Below are positions 32,190 through 43,200 of a stretch of 64,000 nt of DNA, piece by piece. Source of the stretch: Meyerozyma guilliermondii. Lineage: Eukaryota. Position 1 is the first letter of the stretch, and each line of letters starts with the position of its first letter. Both the position numbers and the translations under genes were made by a program. The notes beneath the pieces were generated by a model, which ran no database searches, was not told where the DNA came from, and saw only the letters and a program-made list of their open reading frames with translations. The stretch covers positions 1,054,001 through 1,118,000 of the forward strand of contig CP128815.1 in assembly GCA_051546255.1 (NCBI GenBank). The letters run 5' to 3'.

Positions 32190-32190
32190 T

Positions 32191-33072
32191 CTATTTAGAT
32201 ACCTGGTAATCCACAAAATAACTATAAAACTTGCGCTTTTCTTGAATGTCAAGATCCTTACTTATTACATTGAGTTGCGCCAACTCGAATGAAGCCGAAG
32301 CTTCATCTATATTATATCGATCTCCATATAAGGACCTATCGTGGTTGATAATTTTGGCCCTTATGTAGCTATTGTGGTCATAGTGTGAAATCACCTGGTA
32401 CAAGTAGCTGAATGGACTCACCACAGGAATGGGTGTGGTTAAATATGGTGGAAAGATTCTCAACGCTATGGTTTTAAATTTGAATCTAAGCTTGGCTGGA
32501 ACTGGAGGAATATTTGGAACAAACGACAACAACGCCTTGTTATTAGAAGGGGTTCCCTCGGCAAATAAAAAAACCAATTTGTTGGTGTACTTTGAATAAT
32601 CAGCTTTAATGTTCAGCCTTGAAACACCAATGTCTCTTGATAACGTCAACCAGAAAAAACTCCAAATGGAGTACTCGTACAATTCTCCCTTTTCATCTGG
32701 TACCAATAATACTATTTTGTACCAAAAAGTATTGGATAAACCAGCCAAGAAAAATCCATCGAGAGGACTGGTATAGTTTGTGACCACAAAATCTCCCACG
32801 CTGGGTCTCAGTCTATCAATTTCATCAAGTTTTGACCTCCTAACTCCTTCCACAGACAAGTCGTATCGATTGAATCCCAAAAGTACAAGAGTAATAAATT
32901 TTGCAACGATTTGAATTGGAAATACAACGTAGAGTAGTCCGGTGAGAATAACCACAGGAAGCCTTAAGAGAAAAACCAAACTGGCCATTGAGCTAGAAGA
33001 CCGAGGAACCGGCACCGGCATGAACGGCGATATTCCAGTGCCCTTATCACGCCAATTTGAAAACTTCTCCAT
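32191..33072 (-). CDS. LOA1: Lysophosphatidic acid acyltransferase Loa1 (Vps66)
   Basis: MEKFSNWRDKGTGISPFMP start, NYTSPLD and FAEGTPSN acyltransferase motifs. Confidence 0.88.
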   Translation of the reverse strand: MEKFSNWRDKGTGISPFMPVPVPRSSSSMASLVFLLRLPVVILTGLLYVVFPIQIVAKFITLVLLGFNRYDLSVEGVRRSKLDEIDRLRPSVGDFVVTNYTSPLDGFFLAGLSNTFWYKIVLLVPDEKGELYEYSIWSFFWLTLSRDIGVSRLNIKADYSKYTNKLVFLFAEGTPSNNKALLSFVPNIPPVPAKLRFKFKTIALRIFPPYLTTPIPVVSPFSYLYQVISHYDHNSYIRAKIINHDRSLYGDRYNIDEASASFELAQLNVISKDLDIQEKRKFYSYFVDYQVSK

Positions 33073-33239
33073 GATAGCCAATAAACTAAAGAAAGAAGTT
33101 CACATGCGACAGTGCGAGTCGCGATATCCAGAAAATACTGGCAAGTGTAAAATACATAGTTAGATTTCTAAAGTCTGACAAATATTCATTACTAATATAC
33201 ACAGCTCCTAGCAAGCAACAAGCAGCACTAACCAGAAAC

Positions 33240-33632
33240 TTACAATTCTTGAGAAGCACCCTTGATAGACTTCTTAGATGGCAACAAGGATTGGTGAATG
33301 TTTGGCAAGACACCACCTTGAGCGATGGTGACGTGACCCAACAACTTGTTCAATTCCTCATCGTTTCTGATGGCCAATTGCAAATGTCTTGGGATGATTC
33401 TCGACTTCTTGTTGTCTCTAGCAGCGTTACCAGCCAATTCCAAGATTTCAGCAGTCAAGTATTCCAAAACGGAAGTCAAGTAAACTGGGGCACCAGAACC
33501 AACTCTTTGTGCGTAGTTACCCTTTCTCAACAATCTGTGAATTCTACCGACTGGGAAAGTCAAACCAGCCTTAGCCGATCTAGAAGTTGAAGCTTTTTCG
33601 GATGAACCGACTTTTCCTTTACCACCTGACAT
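33240..33632 (-). CDS. HTA: Histone H2A
   Basis: [30 protein letters not shown] and C-terminal SQEL. Confidence 0.98.
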   Translation of the reverse strand: MSGGKGKVGSSEKASTSRSAKAGLTFPVGRIHRLLRKGNYAQRVGSGAPVYLTSVLEYLTAEILELAGNAARDNKKSRIIPRHLQLAIRNDEELNKLLGHVTIAQGGVLPNIHQSLLPSKKSIKGASQEL

Positions 33633-34066
33633 TATAATTTAGTTATTTGTGATGAACCTAAAATAAAAGAAGTCCCGTCACGAGCTATCGTCTGGTTTAA
33701 ATACGCAAGCTGGGGAAAATAAAACAGACGCCCACCCCCTCGCCGGAGTGTTTGTTGCCACTACGCGGCGCCAGACGCGGGCGCACAACTACGCACCGTA
33801 CCTTCTTTTACGCGTTGCTGAAACCACCGCATTTCCATGGTGCCGAGTGCGAATGTTAGTGCCAGTACTTACTCGGGCGCTGGGTAACTCTCAGTCCCAA
33901 CTTCGCACTGCGCGCGGACGGGTTTGCGGCGGGTAACACGACTCCCCGCCACCCTCACCGTGATCGCGGCAGACTCCATGTTTTGGTTGATTCATTAATA
34001 TATAAAGGGATCGTCACTGGTTGAGAATTTTTTTCTGGTGTTTTTATTAAACTAACAAATTCGATC
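33633..34066. promoter_or_regulatory. Divergent H2A-H2B promoter
   Basis: GC-rich spacer with an MCB (ACGCGT, 33810-33815), Reb1-like CGGGTAA (33930-33936) and TATATAAA near 34000. Confidence 0.7.
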
Positions 34067-34456
34067 ATGGCACCAAAGGCTGAAAAGAAACCCGCTTCCA
34101 AGGCTCCAGCTGAGAAGAAACCAGCTGCTAAGAAGACTGCTTCTTCTGACTCCAAGAAGAGAACCAAGACCAGAAAGGAGACTTACTCTTCTTACATCTA
34201 CAAGGTGTTGAAGCAAACTCACCCTGACACTGGTATCTCGCAAAAGGCCATGTCTATCATGAACTCTTTTGTTAACGATATCTTTGAGAGAGTTGCTTCT
34301 GAGGCTTCCAAGTTGGCTGCTTACAACAAGAAGTCCACCATCTCTGCTAGAGAAATCCAAACTGCTGTTAGATTGATCTTGCCCGGTGAATTGGCCAAGC
34401 ACGCTGTTTCTGAGGCTACCAGAACCATCACCAAGTACTCTTCTGCTGCTAACTAA
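34067..34456 (+). CDS. HTB: Histone H2B with an atypical C-terminal helix
   Basis: [46 protein letters not shown]. Confidence 0.98.
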   Translation: MAPKAEKKPASKAPAEKKPAAKKTASSDSKKRTKTRKETYSSYIYKVLKQTHPDTGISQKAMSIMNSFVNDIFERVASEASKLAAYNKKSTISAREIQTAVRLILPGELAKHAVSEATRTITKYSSAAN

Positions 34457-34537
34457 GATTGTCCGCTGTCTTAAACCCTTGGGTTGTGTATATTAGTAAT
34501 GAATAATTAAGATATTCCTTATGATTTTGATTGTAAT

Positions 34538-37489
34538 CTAATTATTGGTTTCCACTTCTTGAATGAACAAGATGCAAAACATCAAGTTTAATAAATGGTG
34601 GATCCAAAATGTGTGCCGGATACCGTATACAAGACAGTATAAGGTAAAGTACCCGATATAGCCGTAAAACACTTTAAGTCCAGCACTGCCTTTTTCAAAC
34701 TTTGGCAAGTAGTTTCTATTGGCATGTCTGCCCACCACCAACATAATTGGCAAAATCGCCAAAAAATTGTGATGAGAAGAAAATGGAGTAGTCCAATCCA
34801 CACTGAGATTATGAACAAACACGATTATCACGGGAATATTTATGGGAAGAACCCAAATCATCAAAAGCAACACTGTCATATGATAGTTGATCAAGCTTCG
34901 ATTTCCTGTGCAACTCAATTTCACCACAACTACTGCCTGGATAATGCAACATACAACATATGCTAGTTGGTACGGAAGGTAAATTGAAGTGCAGAAACAA
35001 GCGGCAAGGAATAGCAATATTCTGTTTCTGTCGTATGAGTTAACTTCAATGGTTTCCTTGTCGTTGATTTCCTTTTTATTTGGCTTTTTAGAAAAGCGTA
35101 AAATAATGAAACTCAACAAAATTGTAGCTCCATACATTATCCAGTAAGTTAAACTGACAATGCCCACACCAATGATGTAGAAAAGTGGACCCACAAACCA
35201 AAGGGTATTTTCCTCGAGTCCAAGATAATATGAATTGAGCTTGAAGTCAGTATGCAAACTCATATTGATCTCGTTTCTATCTTGAAGTACCACAGGGTCC
35301 ACCATATCCAAGATCTTTTGCACCGTTGGTAATCTGGCAAGAGGGGTCAAAATTGAAAGAACCAAGCAACATAAGCCAAATATTTTGGGCGAAGTCAATT
35401 CGGATAAGGCATAGGAAAAACCTGGAAACGTCTTGGATTGAAGAAAAGTGTTCATTTGAATCGCGAATACGGCTAGTGTGATCGCAACACAAAAGGCTAT
35501 GATTGCAAGACGGTAACGTAAAACGAGCAACCGCAAGCTCAGTATTATGTCAACTTTCAACGTCAAACGCAATCTTTGCTGGCTCGGTTCTGATACCGAC
35601 CACAACTCAAGATTAAGCCCTTGGTCGTGATTTTTCATGTCGTACTTGAACGGTGTGAATGGAGCAACACCATGGACGGTGAGCAAGACATTGGTTGGTT
35701 GTAGATGCCATTTTGTTTCATATGGGTTGGATTTCCATTGTCTCAATAATGGAGCAAACGGCTCATTTTCTCCTCTGTACCCATCAAAGCTGAGTCTATA
35801 TGCCAAGATACTGCTCCATGCCCCACGTACCTTGATATTGGATACCAATGGACGGTCCAGAGGTATTTCAATGTTTGTATCTCCCAAAATTAGGGACAGG
35901 AGACTCTCTGAGGCAACGAGTTCCAAGTCTGGTTTCACATCAGCAGCCACAAAATCTTCTGATTCACCGGTGAAAATGAATGCGTATTCATAAGATGCCA
36001 AGTCTTTACTGTTATACCGTATTGCGTCAAATGGTTGTTTTCTTCCACCGCTGGAAGTTTCTCTGAGTGTGTCAGCTTTTGAGTTGGGTATGACATGAGT
36101 ATCGTCCTTTGCATCAAAGCAGACATAAGTAAGTTTGTCGCTAGATTCTTGGTCACTTAGCACAAATACCTTCGAAGTTGGTACCTCTTTCAGGTATTTG
36201 TTACATAGTAAGACGGAAACATGACGACGGTTTTCCGCAAACTTGTTCCACGATTGAATATTTGAGCTGACAAGACTAAAACTTGTTTGGTCGCTAAGAT
36301 CAAAAGCATGGATAAGTTTTGGGGTTGGTTCCGATATGCGCAACTGTTCGTGACTCTGCAAGAACTTGACTTGCGAGTCGTCAACTACTAGTTGAATTGC
36401 TCTGTCCAGCAGAGTGTTTTGAATATTTTTATCTTGATTGCAAACATCTTCAAATCCTGTGAGCAATCGTCTTCTGGCAATTTTCATTCTATCTTGCAAT
36501 GGTTTCTGTTTAGTAGGGACCTTGTCGTCGGCAAATTCCAATAACATTCGCAGAATTTGAGTACGAAGCTGGCTGCACCATACAATTGCTAGATGGTCCA
36601 CCGGAGTCCAAACGTGGTTTATGCCAGTAGTGTAAACGGTGAATCCATGAGACTCAGGAACAAGAAATCCCAAAGTTGTGTAGTCGGCAGGAAGAGTATT
36701 GTCTAGTAGACCCCCAGTAATCGATATGAGAGTCACGTTCAGTAAGCGTCGGTTTTGAATGGAGTCTTTGGGAAGGTGATATCCTTCGTACCAAAATCTG
36801 TCAATTGCAGAGTAAAGACGCAAGATGTCACCATCAGTAGTAAGTGGAGCTGCTGCGTGAGGCGAAGCCAACGTCACTATAGTCTGAACTGAATCTTCGA
36901 TGTAATTCGGCAATGTGAGCATGACTCTTGCTACTATTCCGCCCATTGAATGTCCAAGTAAAAGCACCGATTTTGGAGGATTTGGTTTGGAACTGTAAAG
37001 AAAAAGAATGTACTTGATGGCTTCATTCAAAAACTCGGCCTGGTCGAGCAAAGTTCGACCATGGAATGCAGAAAAGTCCTCGTTAAACTCGGCGGAAAAA
37101 AAGTCATAATTTTTGGCACCGACGTTATCGTCAAAATACAAATTGGAAGTTTCTGCCGCTATTGATCTGACCTGGCGGTAGCTTCCAGCGTTTCCAGGGA
37201 TAAATAAAGCAGGAATACCATCGAGAAATTCAGCAGCATTGTCTGCTGGAAGAGGATCTTTACCCTGTTCTCGATACAAGTACAATGAATATTTGGATGC
37301 AAATTTTGTATGCGATTCGTCAAAGGCACGGATCCGAGCATAAGACGGGCCCATGAACACCTGGCGGCACCCAGGCGAGTCAGCCCCTTCCAAAGTTTGG
37401 GTGAATAAATGGGCCGTCAGGATGAATACTATGATGCCCACCACGGCAATACCATGTGAATATATTCGAGCATAACGTTGTCTGGCCAT
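34538..37489 (-). CDS. BST1: GPI inositol deacylase (PGAP1 family)
   Basis: KYSLYLYREQG, FIPGNAGSYRQVRS, lipase motif GHSMGG, multi-TM C-terminus. ATG 37489 preferred; an in-frame ATG also exists at 37684. Confidence 0.93.
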   Translation of the reverse strand: MARQRYARIYSHGIAVVGIIVFILTAHLFTQTLEGADSPGCRQVFMGPSYARIRAFDESHTKFASKYSLYLYREQGKDPLPADNAAEFLDGIPALFIPGNAGSYRQVRSIAAETSNLYFDDNVGAKNYDFFSAEFNEDFSAFHGRTLLDQAEFLNEAIKYILFLYSSKPNPPKSVLLLGHSMGGIVARVMLTLPNYIEDSVQTIVTLASPHAAAPLTTDGDILRLYSAIDRFWYEGYHLPKDSIQNRRLLNVTLISITGGLLDNTLPADYTTLGFLVPESHGFTVYTTGINHVWTPVDHLAIVWCSQLRTQILRMLLEFADDKVPTKQKPLQDRMKIARRRLLTGFEDVCNQDKNIQNTLLDRAIQLVVDDSQVKFLQSHEQLRISEPTPKLIHAFDLSDQTSFSLVSSNIQSWNKFAENRRHVSVLLCNKYLKEVPTSKVFVLSDQESSDKLTYVCFDAKDDTHVIPNSKADTLRETSSGGRKQPFDAIRYNSKDLASYEYAFIFTGESEDFVAADVKPDLELVASESLLSLILGDTNIEIPLDRPLVSNIKVRGAWSSILAYRLSFDGYRGENEPFAPLLRQWKSNPYETKWHLQPTNVLLTVHGVAPFTPFKYDMKNHDQGLNLELWSVSEPSQQRLRLTLKVDIILSLRLLVLRYRLAIIAFCVAITLAVFAIQMNTFLQSKTFPGFSYALSELTSPKIFGLCCLVLSILTPLARLPTVQKILDMVDPVVLQDRNEINMSLHTDFKLNSYYLGLEENTLWFVGPLFYIIGVGIVSLTYWIMYGATILLSFIILRFSKKPNKKEINDKETIEVNSYDRNRILLFLAACFCTSIYLPYQLAYVVCCIIQAVVVVKLSCTGNRSLINYHMTVLLLMIWVLPINIPVIIVFVHNLSVDWTTPFSSHHNFLAILPIMLVVGRHANRNYLPKFEKGSAGLKVFYGYIGYFTLYCLVYGIRHTFWIHHLLNLMFCILFIQEVETNN

Positions 37490-37850
37490 CTTTATTGGTT
37501 CTTTAGTGGGAGGCCAATTGAGGATTGAGGCGGCAACGGCGGTATTAGGGGCGTGGTGGAGAAATGATAAGTGGTGGAAACCCGATGAAGACGAGGCTTT
37601 TTTTCTCGCGGTGCGACTTGGGTGCAAAAAAGGCAGGAGAACAAGCGAGGTGCAGAGGCCCAGTATTGGGTCAAAATAAGCCATTGGGCTGAGAAAAATG
37701 AATGAGAATGATCAAATAGGGAGTGAATATGCTCACGTTTAGTCCTTTGATTGTTTCATATGATAGTTACAACATGCGATATATTTACTCATAAAGGGTC
37801 TACACCCAGGTCGTACTAGCGAGGGCTTCATGGATTCTATACTTGGTTCT

Positions 37851-38387
37851 TCATTTGTTCTTTTCTTTCTTATCTTGTTCTTGGTTCTTCTTCGCTTCCT
37901 CCTTGGTTTCATCTTGTTCTTCACTTTCTGGGGGCTCTTCCAGAATGATAACTTTATCACCTATCTGGTTTCTTTCAAGCACCTTCATTCGCACATCTTC
38001 ATCCAAAAGACCCTCATCTTGTGCCATCAGAATCAATTGGTCAACCTCTCGTGCAGAGAAATGGCCATCCAACGGTATTTTACCGGCGGGAATCTTGAAC
38101 CCATCAGCGTCATATTCTCCTTCGCTCTCGTCTTCCTTTTCGCTCTCCTTTTTGGTCTCCTTTTCGGACCCATTGTCATTCTTCTTACCACTCTTATGAA
38201 CAGTTTCATGAGAATATACCCTCGAAGGACTAGGAGAACGCTTTAATTCTGCAGGTTCTTCTTTGTCTTCTTTGTTCTCCACTGAATTTTCATCTGCGAG
38301 TTTTTGGAGTTTTTCAAGAGTTTCCTGAGCCAGGGGCCTACGGTCGGCCTGTTCTGGCTGTGCTATCAATTGAACTTTGTCAGACAT
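37851..38387 (-). CDS. Hypothetical highly charged (E/K-rich) protein, 178 aa
   Basis: Clean ATG-to-stop ORF filling the gap between BST1 and MRP8; no family recognised. Confidence 0.65.
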   Translation of the reverse strand: MSDKVQLIAQPEQADRRPLAQETLEKLQKLADENSVENKEDKEEPAELKRSPSPSRVYSHETVHKSGKKNDNGSEKETKKESEKEDESEGEYDADGFKIPAGKIPLDGHFSAREVDQLILMAQDEGLLDEDVRMKVLERNQIGDKVIILEEPPESEEQDETKEEAKKNQEQDKKEKNK

Positions 38388-38478
38388 GCTATAGGCGAAT
38401 TGAGTGTTATCAAATTGTCACGGGCTTTCAACGGGATCTCGTCACGTAAGCGGTCGATAATCTGGTATAGATTGCTCG

Positions 38479-38486
38479 TGACGTCA
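38479..38486. promoter_or_regulatory. CRE palindrome in the divergent spacer upstream of MRP8
   Basis: TGACGTCA in the 160-nt spacer 38388-38547. Confidence 0.4.
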
Positions 38487-38547
38487 TTGCGGTGCGGTTC
38501 CTGCAGATTTTCCGCGACGTGGAGAGAGAAGACAACTACTTAACAAC

Positions 38548-39129
38548 ATGTCAGAAGTTCAATACTTGTCCAAAAGGGTAGACGCCTTGACGGCGTATGT
38601 CGAGAAGCAGGCCAAGATGATTGGCAAAACAGGAGAACAATTGGTTTCCATGCAAGTTAAAAATGTAAAGGAAGTGATGGGCGGCGGTGGATCGAAAATT
38701 GACATGGAAGATTATATCACCAATGACGACATTGTGCAACTTGTGGGCGAACTCCAGGGTCAATTGGATGCTTTGGAAGAAAGAACTACACGGAGAATGT
38801 TCAATTGTCATTTATCGGTTGAAAATGATGATGGACTAATTGCACCCATCACCAACCAGGACGGTGAAACTCCACTGGAATTGCTCCCTAAGACTGTAGG
38901 AGAGTTCAAGAGCCTCGACAAGAAGAGTATTGTTCAATTGTGTCACTTCTATGAAATTATCAAGGAAGTTTTACCTGAAAACTTTCAACCTGGAAACGAA
39001 AGTAATGGTGAAAGTGAAGAAGAATTCTGGAAAAGAATGGAAAATCTCAGCGTAAAAGAAGTCGATGAGTACCATGACGAACTAGCAAAGTATTTGGGCC
39101 TTCGAGTCCGCAAATGCGGAGGATGGTAG
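38548..39129 (+). CDS. MRP8: Mrp8-family protein
   Basis: KQAKMIGKTGEQ, YITNDDIVQLVGELQGQLDALEERTTRR, IAPITNQDG resemble yeast Mrp8. Confidence 0.8.
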   Translation: MSEVQYLSKRVDALTAYVEKQAKMIGKTGEQLVSMQVKNVKEVMGGGGSKIDMEDYITNDDIVQLVGELQGQLDALEERTTRRMFNCHLSVENDDGLIAPITNQDGETPLELLPKTVGEFKSLDKKSIVQLCHFYEIIKEVLPENFQPGNESNGESEEEFWKRMENLSVKEVDEYHDELAKYLGLRVRKCGGW

Positions 39130-39370
39130 AAAAAGAGGAGAAAATGGAATGAGAATACGAATTTAATTACAGTTATAGAACGAGTTTTCGCTTGAAGAAA
39201 ATAGTCAAGGTTGATTCTGGTTGTATGAGATCAATCTTCCTTCACATCATCTATTCTCTTCGTATTTGAACTTTTTTCACAGTATGTTCTGCTTGTATTC
39301 TGTTGTCCTGCACGCACTGCCAAGTCGCTACGTGGAAATTTTAGTTGCAAGCCGTCTTACTCTCTTAAAC

Positions 39371-40012
39371 ATGGACGAGGAAACGACACAGGAACAAATC
39401 AAGATCTCCGTGGTCACTCCGTTGATCTATGTGGGGGTGCTTCTTGGTGCGTTTGTGATGTTTTCGATTTTTTATAGACGTAATAAGATCCAAAAGTTGG
39501 CGGAAATCGAGCCCATTTTCAAAGAGAATCATCCAGCTTCTCTTTATGCCTTTTTGAAGCTGCAATACGTGGACCCTGAAGTTCCCAAAGACCAGAAACC
39601 ACATGAAAAAGTGATGAAAGCAGCTTTGTTGCGTCGGGGTGTTGAAGCCATTCGCAGATCGTTGAAGCTCAAAGAGAACGAACCCATATTTAACCGTTTA
39701 TATCAGGAAGGACTCATTGGAGACGACGTGTTCCGTCAGTTTGAATTCCAGGCTAAGTTCCAGGAAATTGAGATCAAGCAAATTGTTCAAGAATGTGAAT
39801 CATATAAAAAAGGATGGGCCCAACTGTTCTTTCCAGTAGCCCAAGAAATATGCTTTAATGAGGCATTAAGAAGGAGATTGAATGCTATGACTGAAAGGGG
39901 AAACAGCTTGGCGGAAGTATGGGGCTACCAGGTTGATCGGATCGAAAAGGCTGCTGAGGTTGTGGACGACAAGATTGAGAAGAGTGAGAAGAAGAACAAG
40001 AAGAAGAAGTGA
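39371..40012 (+). CDS. SEC66: Sec63 complex subunit Sec66
   Basis: ISVVTPLIYVG TM segment, HEKVMKAALLRRGVEAIRR, EICFNEALRRR. ATG at 39371. Confidence 0.9.
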   Translation: MDEETTQEQIKISVVTPLIYVGVLLGAFVMFSIFYRRNKIQKLAEIEPIFKENHPASLYAFLKLQYVDPEVPKDQKPHEKVMKAALLRRGVEAIRRSLKLKENEPIFNRLYQEGLIGDDVFRQFEFQAKFQEIEIKQIVQECESYKKGWAQLFFPVAQEICFNEALRRRLNAMTERGNSLAEVWGYQVDRIEKAAEVVDDKIEKSEKKNKKKK

Positions 40013-40297
40013 GAAAAAGAAGAAGAGTGAGATAAGGAGACCAGAATAAGCTCTGAGAACGGATTAGAGCGAAGTTAGAGTAGAATAGGTAGCCAATGTA
40101 CCATAACAGAATGCATATCGTCGCACCAGCAGATCTGCTGCACTCCACTCACCGCGAAAAACAAAAAAACAATCTACAATCAACCTTGCCAACAAATAGA
40201 CCTCGATTATTAGTGCTATACACCAACCCTACAGGCAATCTGGACCATTATCTATATTCCCATTGGCATTGTTCTTCGTAGTCTACCTTAAATTGCC

Positions 40298-43200
40298 ATG
40301 AACTATCCTCGTGGTCCCCAACAACGAGCCCCAGGTCCGTCAACAAATCAGGTTCCCAGACCTGGTTTCCAGGCACCCAGACCAGCAGGATACCGTCCCC
40401 AGGGTCCTCCTCCGGGTCCCCAGGACCCAGCAAGAATGCGTAGGATGCAAGTTGATAAGATAATTGCCGATTGCTACTCAAAGGTGGTTCTCGATAAGAA
40501 TGGAAAGCGAGTCACTGAAGCATCATATCAAACCCACGTCAATGTCCGCGAGTATTCTGCATTTCCCACGCATCCTCCGCCACCTAATCTTCCGCCCAGC
40601 CAAGTTGGAACGCCTAAAGACAGAATCTTGACCATCTGCACCCGCTATACTGGACGAACGTTGATCCAAAAAGGTAAACTCAACGACAGCAAAAATGTGT
40701 ATCAACTTGGACGAACGTGGGATATGGACGAACTTAAAGCCATTACTCGAGCCGGAGAAAGAGGCATCATCTTGTCCTTGAACAAAGACTATTACTGGTT
40801 AATTCCAGAGAGCGCCGAACGAGCGGTGAAATTTGCTAGGCATTTAGCGCAGGCCTATGGAGCGTTTATGGGTCGCTATCCTGTGCTCAATGGCTACACT
40901 TTGCAGGACTTGAAGCTTCCTCCCATTCAAAAAAAACCGACTGGCGATGCAGTGGCTCCGCACTCTGAAGATATCCAACTCAACGAGCCACGTCCAAATC
41001 CACAACTATTGAAAACGAGATCATTGAAAAGAAAAAACCTACCCAACCCGGTATTGCCGCCTCAACCGCAAAATGCGGACTCTCCACAAGCCAATAACCT
41101 CTACACGGATTTGGACTTTACTGCCAATGGTAATTTACCTTCCAAGCCCATGAAGGTCATGCTGGTAGATAGACCTCTGGCCAACTCGTCAGTGACAAGT
41201 GTCAACGATCTGGCCTCCTCTGATTACAGACGCTTGCAACTGGACAGAAGTCAGCATACATTCTATCTGGATTTAAGCAAAGAGAACGTCGCTGAATCAT
41301 CAAACTTAGACCAAGACCATTCTGCTGCTCGATCCCATAAGTCAGACGACTCGGCTAATGACTCCCACAGTTTTGTCTTCACACCGAACACAGCTTCTAC
41401 ACAAAAGGAGCCATATCTGCCAGAGAGGTTGCAAGACTACGTACGCACGTCTGGTGGAAGAAATTCACCATTGCGCAATTACAAACACCGTGCTGATTCA
41501 ACAGAGCAGAATGCTCGTAAAGTCTCGGAGAATATGGAGTCTTCAGCAGCCTTAGGAATGCAGCTAGAAGATAAACTTCTGGGAAAATCCTCATCTTCAA
41601 GGTCTCATAGAAGGCAAAGTCTGCGTGGGCATCAGCGACAAAGACTGGCTGTTCAACCCAACGATTCGCCAGACTTTGGAATTGAGGAGGTTGAAGATGA
41701 TGATATCGACGAGCCTGCTCTTCAACTGAAGCGCATCGAGCCAGAAAAAAATGACGATTTCATAGAAGAGTCCACAAAACTTGGTGACGATACTACAAAT
41801 GCAATTGATAGCTCGATTCAAGATATTGAAGACTTCATGGACTCTCAATTGAACTTTGACGGCCATCACGACCTGTTCAATCGAACTGCAGAGATCTCAA
41901 GGGAATTGAATTCATCTACACTCGACGAAACTATTGAAGAGACTAGCTATTCCCAGGAAGATAATTCTACCGAAAACCATCGTCCTTTAGAGTTAAAACT
42001 GAAATCGAAAATCGATTCGGGTCTCATGGGTGAGAAGGATGCAGAGGTGGAGGAGATCTTGGATGATATTAATTGGTCAACATCAGACAATGGCGATATC
42101 TTAATCAAAAAGTTGTCACATGAATTGAGCGCACTCAAGTACAACAACGTGAAGCAGCTCGTGACTTTGGACTTTGGTCACAATAGCATATCAAAGGATA
42201 TGACCGATTCTTTGAACGAGCTCTCAAACTTGTCAACCGTTTTCAAGCGCGCTGAGTTAGGTTTCAAGTTCCTTTCTCATGAAATCAACTCCATCGAAAA
42301 TGACTCGAAGGGTTTACAAGTCAAATCCATAAACAAGAAGTTACTATACAATGACCTCAAAGGAGTATTGAGTAAGATTTCGATCAACGCCGATGATCTT
42401 CGGGATATAGAATCGTTCACGCAGTTTGATCGGTTGAATTTGCTCGAGCCCTTGGAAGAAAAGTTGCTTGATTTGCATTATGCTTTGGGCGCTATAAGAA
42501 ATGATTTTGAAGAAGATTCGAAGCCCACTGGCCTTGGTACAATGAAAGCATTGACCCAATATCAAAGCAAATATGAATCTGTAACTACGAGGTTCACAAA
42601 GCATTTCCTCAAGTTTATGGAAAGCCAGTTTGACTTACTTTTTGAGCAGTTAAACAGTGCCAGTGACAAATTCTACCCGAGCGCAATTTATCACGAGCTA
42701 AGCAACCAATTGATATACTCCAGTTTTGTCTTTTTCTTGAAGGATGTTTCGATTTCTGACTTTTTGGATTTGAATGGCATCTTTACAGAGAAAATGAGCA
42801 CTATCTTAGAAAAGGTACTTATTGGAAGGGTAAGAACGATAAAAAACTCTTCAACTGGAGTTTCACATGTTTCGAAAGTACTCGAACAGACGCTGACACG
42901 GAGATCTCGAACACTTCGCTTGTCAGCGAGAAAGGAGCGCTTTTTGCACAAGCGGTCGCTGGCTGAAGGACTGCCTGAATTTCACGTCGATACCATTTCA
43001 AACAAGAATTCCTCTGAGGTGGAAGACCCCAGGGCTGTCATCGAACTACTCAATGAAACGAAAGATTTGATTACAGTACTCCAATTCTTCCTTGCGAGCA
43101 TGTTTCATTACGACAACAACGTCTTAGACTTTCAAGATTTTATGAAGCAATTTCCATTTTCTCAAAGACGAAGAGCATTGGACAATACGACATTGGATGA

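Noticed and set aside
33249..34402. Antisense ORFs over H2A (33249-33590) and H2B (34052-34402)
   Set aside because: Same codon-bias artefact.
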